Shown: positions 28,552 through 36,618 of the stretch, piece by piece
Position numbering within the stretch: position 1 is the stretch's first letter
How the letters are laid out: each line of letters starts with the position of its first letter
Source: an uncultured Planctomycetia bacterium
GTDB taxonomy: Bacteria; Omnitrophota; Gorgyraeia; Duberdicusellales; 4484-171
Length of the DNA: 64,000 nucleotides
Direction of reading: 5' to 3'
Assembly (NCBI GenBank): GCA_964455085.1
Contig: CAYVYJ010000008.1
Coordinates: 1,514-65,513 of the forward strand
Program-made: the position numbers and the translations under genes
Notes under the pieces: generated by a model
Databases searched by the model: none
Told to the model about the DNA's origin: nothing
What the model saw: only the letters and a program-made list of their open reading frames with translations

Positions 28552-29763
28552 CTAGATTTCCAATCTATTTTCTTTAATTATCGTACTATAAGTAGCGGAA
28601 AAAGGCTTAGGAGTACGTTTAAAAGTCTTGTAGTCAACTCCGGCTAAGCCGAAACAGGGACCAAATCCCTTATCCCACTCGAAATTATCGATTAGAGACC
28701 ACCAAAGATAGCCTCTTATATCTACCCCTTCATTTATTGCTGCCGCTAAACTCCTCAAGTGTCTAATTAGAAAATCTTCATAAAGGGAATTTTCATATTC
28801 AGCAGTTCCGTTTTCGGTAATTATTATCGGCAAATTATATCTGGCTATTTTTTTAAGCAATCGGTAAAACCCTTGAGGATAAATATTCCAGCCAAGATAA
28901 TTTTTTCTTCCCCTCTTCGGTTTATAATCTGATTCTGCGCCGAATAAATCTTTAAACTTAGAGAACTCGCGACAGTAGTAATTTATAGCCAGGAAGTCTA
29001 AAGCATTCCGTTTGGTCAAGTAGTCAAGGAGCCAAAAATTAAAGTAACGGCTACGCAAACTGGCGCTTAAGGAGTTTAACCATAAGTTAAGGCCCGGGTG
29101 AGGCGAAAATACTCTTAAGCTCTTAGCTATGGAGACCTGTGCTGGAAGCGCACTTCCCTGATATATTCTCTTTAGTTCCTGATAGCCAGTGAGGTAAGCG
29201 GCTATAATATTATTCAAGACTCGCTTAGCCTGCTTAAACGACTTCACCCCTGGCGGCCAAATACCCCTAACAAAACTATTATAGATATAAACCAGAGGTT
29301 CGTTAAAAATAACCCAAAACTCTACCTTTTCTCTTAAAGCCTCTACTGTTTTGATTAAAAAATTTAAGAAATAATCAACATTTTTGGCTTCCAACCACCC
29401 CCCTCTTTTAACAAACCAAAGCGGATTGGTGAAGTGATGAAGAGTAATTATTGGTTTTAACTTATATTTAATCAAAGTATCCACTACTTCTTTGTAATGT
29501 GCAAGCTCCTGCTGCGAAAAATAAGAAGCATCGGGGTGGATTCTTGACCACTCCAGAGATATTCTTAAACTATTTAGATTAAAGCTGCTGGCGAGTTGGA
29601 AATCTTTTTTAAAAAGGCGATAGTGGTGACAAGCAGACCCCGCGACTCCCAATCCCTTTTCTTTTTCCCAAAGATACCAGTCACAATTAAAGTTTTCTCC
29701 TTCACATTGGTAACTGGAAAGAGCGGCTCCCCACAAAAAAGAAGAAGGAAATTGTATCTGCAT
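28552..29763 (-). CDS. GH1 family beta-glucosidase
   Basis: 403 aa. N-terminal FLWGAALSSYQCEG and catalytic nucleophile ITENG motif (TENG). NEP acid/base region present. Confidence 0.85.
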   Translation of the reverse strand: MQIQFPSSFLWGAALSSYQCEGENFNCDWYLWEKEKGLGVAGSACHHYRLFKKDFQLASSFNLNSLRISLEWSRIHPDASYFSQQELAHYKEVVDTLIKYKLKPIITLHHFTNPLWFVKRGGWLEAKNVDYFLNFLIKTVEALREKVEFWVIFNEPLVYIYNSFVRGIWPPGVKSFKQAKRVLNNIIAAYLTGYQELKRIYQGSALPAQVSIAKSLRVFSPHPGLNLWLNSLSASLRSRYFNFWLLDYLTKRNALDFLAINYYCREFSKFKDLFGAESDYKPKRGRKNYLGWNIYPQGFYRLLKKIARYNLPIIITENGTAEYENSLYEDFLIRHLRSLAAAINEGVDIRGYLWWSLIDNFEWDKGFGPCFGLAGVDYKTFKRTPKPFSATYSTIIKENRLEI

Positions 29764-29766
29764 TTA

Positions 29767-29838
29767 ATGAGACTTAGTCCGTCAAAGACGGACTGTAGTC
29801 GAATTAATACTGTGGGCATGAAATGCCCGCAGTATCTT
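29767..29838. repeat. 72-nt structured intergenic repeat, copy B, between tandem-ACT gene and GH1 gene
   Basis: See copy A. Hairpin 1 AGUCCGUC-AAA-GACGGACU. Hairpin 2 GGGCAU-GAAA-UGCCC. It fills the intergenic gap exactly (GH1 start 29763, ACT stop 29855). Confidence 0.75.
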
Positions 29839-29854
29839 ATATAGGCCTTAAAAC

Positions 29855-30250
29855 TTAACCAGAAATTATCTGTAAAGCTTTGTCATTATTATCGGAGGAA
29901 AACACAATGGTCGCTGAGGTGCCCGGTTCATAAGTTGTCCCATGTATGGCGCAAAGGTTAATATTATTATCTTTTAGCTTAGAAGCAAGAAAATGAAGTT
30001 GCCCTATCTTATCAGCCATCTCAACAATTATTACTTCTTTCTCATCCACACTTCCCTTACTCAGGAGTATTTCTTTTACCTTTAAGTTATCAGAGGTTAT
30101 CAATTTAAAGAATGCCTTACCAGAATCAGCCCAGGCTGCTATTGACCTGATGTTAATCCCACTATTCTTAATTGCACCAGTTACATCTTCCAACAAACCT
30201 ACTTTGTCTTCTCCGATGAAAAGAATCTCTTTTGCCTTTACCGCCTTCAT
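29855..30250 (-). CDS. Tandem ACT-domain protein
   Basis: 131 aa, two about 65-aa ACT-like ligand-binding repeats (GEDKVGLLEDVTGAIKNSGINI; EMADKIGQLHFLASKL). Confidence 0.6.
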   Translation of the reverse strand: MKAVKAKEILFIGEDKVGLLEDVTGAIKNSGINIRSIAAWADSGKAFFKLITSDNLKVKEILLSKGSVDEKEVIIVEMADKIGQLHFLASKLKDNNINLCAIHGTTYEPGTSATIVFSSDNNDKALQIISG

Positions 30251-30398
30251 TGTCCACCTCCTTATTTAACCAAAATATCAGGTAATTAATAAGTGGAAGA
30301 ATTCTACCATTTTGGATTTCCCCTGTCAATGCTCGGCTCCCACTTAGGAAATAAATTTCTCTAACCCAAAATTAACCTTTTGTGGTAAGATAATTGCT

Positions 30399-32366
30399 GT
30401 GAAAAGTTATAAATTAAAGACTAACTATCAAGGGGCGGCTGTTGATTACCAGAAAAACTTAAATCCTCAACAGTTAAAGGTAGTTAAAGAGGCTGAAGGA
30501 CCCTCTTTAGTTTTAGCTGGAGCCGGCAGCGGCAAAACCAGAGTTTTAATCTACCGTTTAGCTTATCTGCTTGAGAAAGGAATTCCGCCTCAGAATATTC
30601 TCCTAGTAACCTTTACTAATAAGGCAGCAAATGAGATGACTAACCGGGCAGAAATCCTTCTTAAGTCATCGCTTAAGAATCTTTGGGCCGGAACATTTCA
30701 CCATGTGGGTAATGTCACCTTAAGAAAGGAAGCACAAATCTTAAACTATTCTCCTAATTTCACCATAGCTGATAAAGAAGATGCCAAAGATTTAATTGAA
30801 GATTGTCTTGAAGATTTAGGCTTTTACAAACGTGAGAAAATGTTCCCGAAAAAAGGACTTATCTATAATATTTATTGTTTAGCTGCTAATTCTCAAGAGT
30901 CACCTGAAGCAACCATAGCTAACCGATATCCCCATATCCAAGAATATGCACCCCAGATAAAGAAAATTATCGCCAGATACCAAAAGAAGAAGAAACAAGC
31001 CAATATTATGGATTTCACTGACCTGCTCACTAACTGGTTATCAGTCCTGCAAAATAAAGAAACTTGCCAGGAGTACACCAAAAATTTTCACTATATACTG
31101 GTTGATGAATACCAGGATACAAACAAGCTGCAGTTTGAAATTCTAAAAATCCTCTCCTCTTATCATAAAAATATCCTTGTGGTCGGTGATGATGCTCAAT
31201 CAATATATTCTTTCCGAGCTGCTGACATAAATAATATTCTCGATTTCCCTAAAACATTTGAAGGAACTAAAATATTTAAACTCCAGATAAATTACCGCTC
31301 TCCCCCTCCAATACTCTCACTGGCTAACGAAATCATACGACATAACATAAATCAATTTCCCAAAGAATTAGAAGCCATAAAGAAAGGCGGAGAGATTCCC
31401 TCTGTTGTAAAAACAAAAGATGTTTATCAACAAGCAAGGTTTATCGGCCAAAAAATATTAGAGCTAAACCGAGAAGGCATACCTTTGAAGGAAATAGCAA
31501 TTCTTTTCCGCTCACGGTTCCAGGCTTTAGAGCTGGAAATGGAACTCTTGAAAAGGAATATCCCTTACCTGGTCCGGGGAGGTTTAAGGTTTTTTGAACA
31601 GGCCCATATAAAAGATGCTTTAAGTTATCTAAAAATAATTATTAACTCCCAGGATGAATTATCTTTTAAGCGGGCAATTTGTCTGCATAAAGGAATCGGG
31701 AGGAGCTTTGCTTATAAAATTTGGGATAAACTGATTAATCAGAAAAAAAGTGTTGCTGATGTCAGGAGAATCCTGCCTTCAAGACAGCGAGAAGGATTCA
31801 AGGAATTTACAGATATCTGCGAGGCTTTAAAAAAACTCAGGAATCCTGAAAGCTGTTTAAGAAGAATAATCGAAACTTACCAAGATTACTGCCATCTTTC
31901 ATTTGATAATTCCGAGGAGAGAATACTTGATCTAGAAGAGCTGGCTAAGATGGCTTCTACCTATTCAACTACCAAGGAATTTCTCCTTGATTTAGGCTCC
32001 TTTGAAGAATTTAAGGGTGAAACCATACTAAGTGGTTATGAAAAAGAAGATACTTTAGTCCTCTCCACCATCCATCAGGCCAAAGGATTAGAGTGGGAGG
32101 TAGTTTTTATTATTGGTTTCTGTGAATATAGCTTTCCCCACCCCAAAGCCCTTGATTCCCAAAATAACCTCGAGGAAGAAAGAAGATTATTTTATGTTGC
32201 TGCAACCCGGACTAAATCAAACCTTCATATAACTTACCCCCAGACAAAGTATACATTCAAAAATGGGCTAATTATTACCCGCCCCTCAATGTTCCTTTAT
32301 GAGTTGCCAAACCAAACTTATGAGGAGATAATAGTAGAAGAAGATCAAGGAGCAGGCATATTATGA
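30399..32366 (+). CDS. UvrD/PcrA/Rep-family ATP-dependent DNA helicase
   Basis: 655 aa. Walker A AGAGSGKT, helicase motifs II (VDEYQDT), III, IV, V and VI (VAATRT). Confidence 0.85.
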   Translation: MKSYKLKTNYQGAAVDYQKNLNPQQLKVVKEAEGPSLVLAGAGSGKTRVLIYRLAYLLEKGIPPQNILLVTFTNKAANEMTNRAEILLKSSLKNLWAGTFHHVGNVTLRKEAQILNYSPNFTIADKEDAKDLIEDCLEDLGFYKREKMFPKKGLIYNIYCLAANSQESPEATIANRYPHIQEYAPQIKKIIARYQKKKKQANIMDFTDLLTNWLSVLQNKETCQEYTKNFHYILVDEYQDTNKLQFEILKILSSYHKNILVVGDDAQSIYSFRAADINNILDFPKTFEGTKIFKLQINYRSPPPILSLANEIIRHNINQFPKELEAIKKGGEIPSVVKTKDVYQQARFIGQKILELNREGIPLKEIAILFRSRFQALELEMELLKRNIPYLVRGGLRFFEQAHIKDALSYLKIIINSQDELSFKRAICLHKGIGRSFAYKIWDKLINQKKSVADVRRILPSRQREGFKEFTDICEALKKLRNPESCLRRIIETYQDYCHLSFDNSEERILDLEELAKMASTYSTTKEFLLDLGSFEEFKGETILSGYEKEDTLVLSTIHQAKGLEWEVVFIIGFCEYSFPHPKALDSQNNLEEERRLFYVAATRTKSNLHITYPQTKYTFKNGLIITRPSMFLYELPNQTYEEIIVEEDQGAGIL

Positions 32367-32839
32367 TTAAAAAACTAAAAAAAATTATAACTATTTTGGG
32401 GAAGAGCAAAAAAACTCTTGCTTTAGCTGAATCGGCTAGCGGAGGTTATGCTTCCTATCTGTTGACTAAAACTCCCGGAGCATCAAAGGTATTTAAAGGT
32501 GCTATCATTGCTTATTCTTTAGGTAGTAAGAGTAAGTTTTTTAAAATTTCTCACCCTTCTTTGCTAAAAACCCAAGGCGTATCAAAAAAAATAGCTTTAA
32601 AATTAGCAACCGGGGTACGAAAAAAGTTCAATGCTGATATTGGTGCTTCTTTAGTGGGATTTGCCGGGCCTCAAACAAAAAAAGGAGTGAAGGCCGGTAC
32701 TACTTTTATAGCCCTCTGCAGCAGGAATCAAAAAATAGTCAAAAAAATAGTAGTTAAAGGAAGTCGCGATACTATCAGGAAAAAAACCAGTGCTCATCTA
32801 ATCAATCTAATTTATAAATCACTATTGCCCAAGGCTTAA
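32363..32839 (+). CDS. CinA C-terminal domain / nicotinamide-nucleotide amidohydrolase (PncC-like)
   Basis: 158 aa. LALAESASGG...AYS motif of the CinA_C domain. 4-nt overlap with helicase stop. Confidence 0.75.
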   Translation: MIKKLKKIITILGKSKKTLALAESASGGYASYLLTKTPGASKVFKGAIIAYSLGSKSKFFKISHPSLLKTQGVSKKIALKLATGVRKKFNADIGASLVGFAGPQTKKGVKAGTTFIALCSRNQKIVKKIVVKGSRDTIRKKTSAHLINLIYKSLLPKA

Positions 32840-32860
32840 TGTCAGCTAAACTACTAAATT

Positions 32861-33409
32861 ATGAGAACCTTTATAGCAATTGAGCTGCCCGGATACTTAA
32901 AAGACAAACTAACTAGATTAATAAAGGACTTCACAGAGTGTGACCTTGCCTTTAGATGGGTAAACGTGAAAAACCTTCATCTCACCTTAAAGTTTTTAGG
33001 AGATATAGAGTTGAGTCAAATTGATCAAGTCAAACAAGTGATTCTTGAGGTAGCCGGCAGTTTCAAAGCATTTACAATCAGTTTTGACAACTTTGGTTTC
33101 TTTCCTAACCAGAGAAGACCAAGGATATTCTTTGTCGGCGCAAGTAAAAAAGGACTTCTTGAAGATATGGCTAGAAAAATAGAAGACGAGCTAGAAATCT
33201 TGGGCTTTAAAAAGGGAGGTCGATTCAAATCTCATGTAACCTTAGCCAGGATAAAGGATCTCAAGAACATTGATTGTCTAAAAAATAAAATTAAGCAGAT
33301 TAACTTAAGCGAGGCTTCTCCCGTAGCAGCAATAACCTTTTATAAGAGCATCCTTACCAGGGAAGGTCCGATTTATGAAGAAATCTTCAGGAGCAACCTG
33401 ACTACCTGA
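32861..33409 (+). CDS. thpR: RNA 2',3'-cyclic phosphodiesterase (2H family, LigT/ThpR)
   Basis: 182 aa. Two H-x-T/S-x motifs (HLTLKF and HVTLAR) spaced about 80 aa apart, diagnostic of the 2H phosphoesterase fold. Confidence 0.8.
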   Translation: MRTFIAIELPGYLKDKLTRLIKDFTECDLAFRWVNVKNLHLTLKFLGDIELSQIDQVKQVILEVAGSFKAFTISFDNFGFFPNQRRPRIFFVGASKKGLLEDMARKIEDELEILGFKKGGRFKSHVTLARIKDLKNIDCLKNKIKQINLSEASPVAAITFYKSILTREGPIYEEIFRSNLTT

Positions 33410-33840
33410 AGGATTAGGTTAGCATAAATTCCCGCCACCAAATCATCACCAACGACTCCTCTTGCACCCTTAAGACGTTCCATTCTGTCAGCCGGGGGAA
33501 TCTTAAGCATATCTAACATTCGAAAAAGAAAGAAGGCAGAAATTATGAATTCTACTCGCTTAGGGATAAAAAGCAAGGTAATCAGCATACCCGAAAAATC
33601 ATCAATGACTATTCTTTTACAATCCTTCACTCCGAATATTTCCTCAGCTCTAGCCGAGGCCGGAAAAGAAAGAATTAAAGAAAGCAAGGTGAAGAGAAAA
33701 AAGTAAATAGAATTCCCTAGGATAAGAAAGACAAGAACCGCCACTAGACAGGAAGCAGTTCCCGGACAAAGAGGAGTAAATCCCACCCCAAAAAGCGTGG
33801 CTATGCTTAAATTAATCTTATCAAACAATGACTTAATCAT
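33373..33840 (-). CDS. pgpA: Phosphatidylglycerophosphatase A
   Basis: 155 aa membrane protein with PgpA signature (GSGFFPxAPGT-like N-terminus, DDxxAG). Confidence 0.75.
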   Translation of the reverse strand: MIKSLFDKINLSIATLFGVGFTPLCPGTASCLVAVLVFLILGNSIYFFLFTLLSLILSFPASARAEEIFGVKDCKRIVIDDFSGMLITLLFIPKRVEFIISAFFLFRMLDMLKIPPADRMERLKGARGVVGDDLVAGIYANLILQVVRLLLKISS

Positions 33841-33852
33841 CTTATCAACAAT

Positions 33853-34419
33853 TTAAAATGTTCTGATGGCTTGACGGTTCACCCAAAAATAGTAGGCGCC
33901 GGAAAAAAGGGTAATGACTACAATGTACCACATTAAGATTGGGATCAGTTTTCCGTAGAAGAAAATAGCAACCGGACTGGCCGGAAAAATCTTCCTAAAG
34001 ATAAGCGTAAAAAGGACAATAAATATTCCCAAAACCTGCGATAGGGTTTTATGCTTACCCAGCCTTCTTGCCTCCAAGGTAACCCCCTTATTTAAACCGT
34101 ATAATCTTAAACCGGTAATAATAAATTCCCGAAACATTATTAAACTCACCATCCAGGTATTTATAATACCTAATTCTAAAAAAGCACAGAATACCCCGAT
34201 AATAAGTATTTTATCGGCAATAGGATCTAAGATCTTACCTAAATCCGAGATTAAATTTCTTCGCCGGGCTAAATAGCCGTCCAAAAAATCGGTTATCGAA
34301 GCTAAACAAAAGACGATAAAGGCGACAATGAGTGAGATGAGGCTGTTCTTAAGTATGAAACCTATACAGACAAAAGAAAGCATTATCCGTAGAATGGTAA
34401 GTTTATTAGGCGTATTCAT
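33853..34419 (-). CDS. pgsA: CDP-diacylglycerol--glycerol-3-phosphate 3-phosphatidyltransferase
   Basis: 188 aa. CDP-alcohol phosphatidyltransferase motif DFLDGYLAR...G...DPIADK. Confidence 0.85.
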   Translation of the reverse strand: MNTPNKLTILRIMLSFVCIGFILKNSLISLIVAFIVFCLASITDFLDGYLARRRNLISDLGKILDPIADKILIIGVFCAFLELGIINTWMVSLIMFREFIITGLRLYGLNKGVTLEARRLGKHKTLSQVLGIFIVLFTLIFRKIFPASPVAIFFYGKLIPILMWYIVVITLFSGAYYFWVNRQAIRTF

Positions 34420-34514
34420 CTCTTAGTTACAATAATTTTCTCTATGTATTTATTATCTTTTTTGTATAAAACTCTGTTATTCATAACGGATAACGATGGA
34501 TCCAATTTTGCACC

Positions 34515-34580
34515 TGCCTGTCGGCAGACAGGCAATCTGCGGTTGAGGCTTAGCCTCAACCGGCTCCGCCTTAGGCGGAG
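34515..34580 (-). terminator. Cluster of three consecutive GC-rich stem-loops downstream of rimO (complex terminator or structured element)
   Basis: Hairpins UGCCUGUC-GGCA-GACAGGCA (34515-34534), GGUUGAGGC-UUA-GCCUCAACC (34541-34561), CUCCGCC-UUA-GGCGGAG (34564-34580). Perfect 7-9 bp stems in an otherwise AT-rich spacer between rimO stop (34599) and pgsA start (34419). Confidence 0.5.
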
Positions 34581-34598
34581 ATTGGATACATCTCTTAG

Positions 34599-35873
34599 CT
34601 ATTGGGCAACAAGATCGTAATCAAGACAATCGATTATTTTCACTCTATAGAAATCACCGATCTTTAAGCCTTTTTTCTTTAAGAATATTGCGCCGTCAAC
34701 ATCAGGAGCATCATATTGACTTCTGGCTATAGTTACATCAGAGTCTTTGGCTTCGACGAGAACATTTAATTCCTGATTAAGAAATCTCCTATTTACTTCA
34801 TTGGCAATTTTTCGCTGTTGTTCCATAACCTGACTAAGACGTCTCTTTTTTGTATTCGGATGCACCTGGGGCGAAAATCCATAGGCTTGAGTGCCTTCTT
34901 CCCGAGAATAGATGAATCCGCCTAAACGTTCAAATTTAATATCATTTAAGAAGCCTAATAGTTCTTTAAACTCTTTTTCGCTCTCAGTAGGAAAACCGAC
35001 AATCACTGAGCTCCTGATAACACAACCAGGGATACCTTCTCTTATTCTCTGGACTAAATCTATTGTCTGCTTCCGGGTAATTCCTCGGTTCATCAACTTT
35101 AAAATTCTATCATTGATATGTTGAATAGGCAAATCAATATATTTACAAATCCGCTCTTCATTAGCTATCAATTCAATTAAAGAATTATTAAAATGCTTAG
35201 GGTGAGTATAAATTAACCTTATCCATCTTATGTTTTTAGTTACCTTCAGAATTTCTCTCAAAAGCTCAGTTAAATCGCCCTCGGGCTTTAAGTCCTTACC
35301 CCAGCTGGTAATATCTTGACCAATAATATTTAATTCTGCGAGGCCCTGCTTATCCAAATATCTTACTTCTTTTATGATCTCCTGGCTAAACTTACTATGT
35401 AAGGAGCCCTTAATCAGGGGGATCGCGCAAAAACTACATCTGTTCAAACACCCTTCGCATATCTTTAAAAAACTCACCTGATTAGGAGAAGATAATTTGC
35501 CTCTTTTAGTGAATCCGCGACCAAATTTCACCAAACCCTGCCATTCGTCGATTAAAGGAAATGAGTTCTCTAGCTCCTTCTGGTATCTTTCTACTAAACA
35601 TCCTAAAACTATTATTCTCCTTACCCTGGCTTTTTTCTTTAAATCTACTGCTTCAGCTATTACTTTTAAAGACTCCTTCTTGGCATTATCGATAAAACCA
35701 CAGGTATTTACAATTAGTAAATCGACAATCTTAGTCTTTTTCTTATTATCTAGAAACAAGGAAGTTGGGGAAGTAAAAACATAACCCTGATTAGTGAATT
35801 GAGGAATAAGAATCTCTGAATCATAGGTATTGCGAAAACACCCTAAGGAAATAATCGAGAATGCTCTTGGCAT
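34599..35873 (-). CDS. rimO: Ribosomal protein S12 methylthiotransferase (MiaB-family MTTase with TRAM domain)
   Basis: 424 aa. N-terminal LGCxxNxxDSE RimO-type MTTase motif. CEGCLNRCSFC radical SAM motif. C-terminal TRAM domain. Confidence 0.75.
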   Translation of the reverse strand: MPRAFSIISLGCFRNTYDSEILIPQFTNQGYVFTSPTSLFLDNKKKTKIVDLLIVNTCGFIDNAKKESLKVIAEAVDLKKKARVRRIIVLGCLVERYQKELENSFPLIDEWQGLVKFGRGFTKRGKLSSPNQVSFLKICEGCLNRCSFCAIPLIKGSLHSKFSQEIIKEVRYLDKQGLAELNIIGQDITSWGKDLKPEGDLTELLREILKVTKNIRWIRLIYTHPKHFNNSLIELIANEERICKYIDLPIQHINDRILKLMNRGITRKQTIDLVQRIREGIPGCVIRSSVIVGFPTESEKEFKELLGFLNDIKFERLGGFIYSREEGTQAYGFSPQVHPNTKKRRLSQVMEQQRKIANEVNRRFLNQELNVLVEAKDSDVTIARSQYDAPDVDGAIFLKKKGLKIGDFYRVKIIDCLDYDLVAQ

Positions 35874-35874
35874 A

Positions 35875-36618
35875 TTATTTATCGACTACTATTCCTGAAG
35901 GTGTTATCTTGAGACTCTTTATCGGTTTACGCAAAGAGCTTAAGGTGGGGATAGCTCTGCCATTTACCTCCAAAGCTATGGCTAAACCGTCACGGATCAT
36001 CAGTTCTATCTCTTTTTCTCCTTGCCAGGTCTCTCTAGCCCCTTTCCTGAGAACTCCTTCAAAAAGGATCTCTTTATCAACTCTAACTTTAAGAAAACAA
36101 TTCTTCTTAGCAACAAGAGTTACTACTAACTCCTCAGCTAAAGGGGCGATCGGAACTAACTCCTCACTTGATTCTTCAGTAGCCTTTGGGGAGGCAGTGA
36201 AAATAAGCGAAACCTTTCTGATTAGAAAACTGCCAAGCGCAAGAAAACCCCAAAGTAAGATTATCCCTGCCAATATAAGAAAAATTTTTCTCTTAACCTC
36301 GGGAGGTATCTGTTTTATTATCCGCCCTATACCTCCTAAGATATTACTTTCTCTTATCTTTCTTAATTTTGACTTATCTCTGCCTTGAGGTTTAAGGCCA
36401 GCCAGATCATCCAAAGCGTTCCCGATATCTACCTTTAAAAATGCAGCATAAATCTTTACAAAGCCTTTAAGGTAGGTAGGGTTTATGGTGGTTAGATTAC
36501 CCTCTTCAATATCCCTGATCATTGAAGGATGCAGTTTGGTTTTCTCAACAACATATTCAATACTATAACCTAGCTCTCCTCGCTTATCCCTCAATTTATT
36601 ACAGATCTCTTTGATCAT
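35875..36618 (-). CDS. rodZ: RodZ-like cytoskeleton protein (HTH_XRE + TM + DUF4115)
   Basis: 247 aa. N-terminal XRE-type HTH, central TM helix, C-terminal beta domain. Overlaps ftsK stop. Confidence 0.65.
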   Translation of the reverse strand: MIKEICNKLRDKRGELGYSIEYVVEKTKLHPSMIRDIEEGNLTTINPTYLKGFVKIYAAFLKVDIGNALDDLAGLKPQGRDKSKLRKIRESNILGGIGRIIKQIPPEVKRKIFLILAGIILLWGFLALGSFLIRKVSLIFTASPKATEESSEELVPIAPLAEELVVTLVAKKNCFLKVRVDKEILFEGVLRKGARETWQGEKEIELMIRDGLAIALEVNGRAIPTLSSLRKPIKSLKITPSGIVVDK

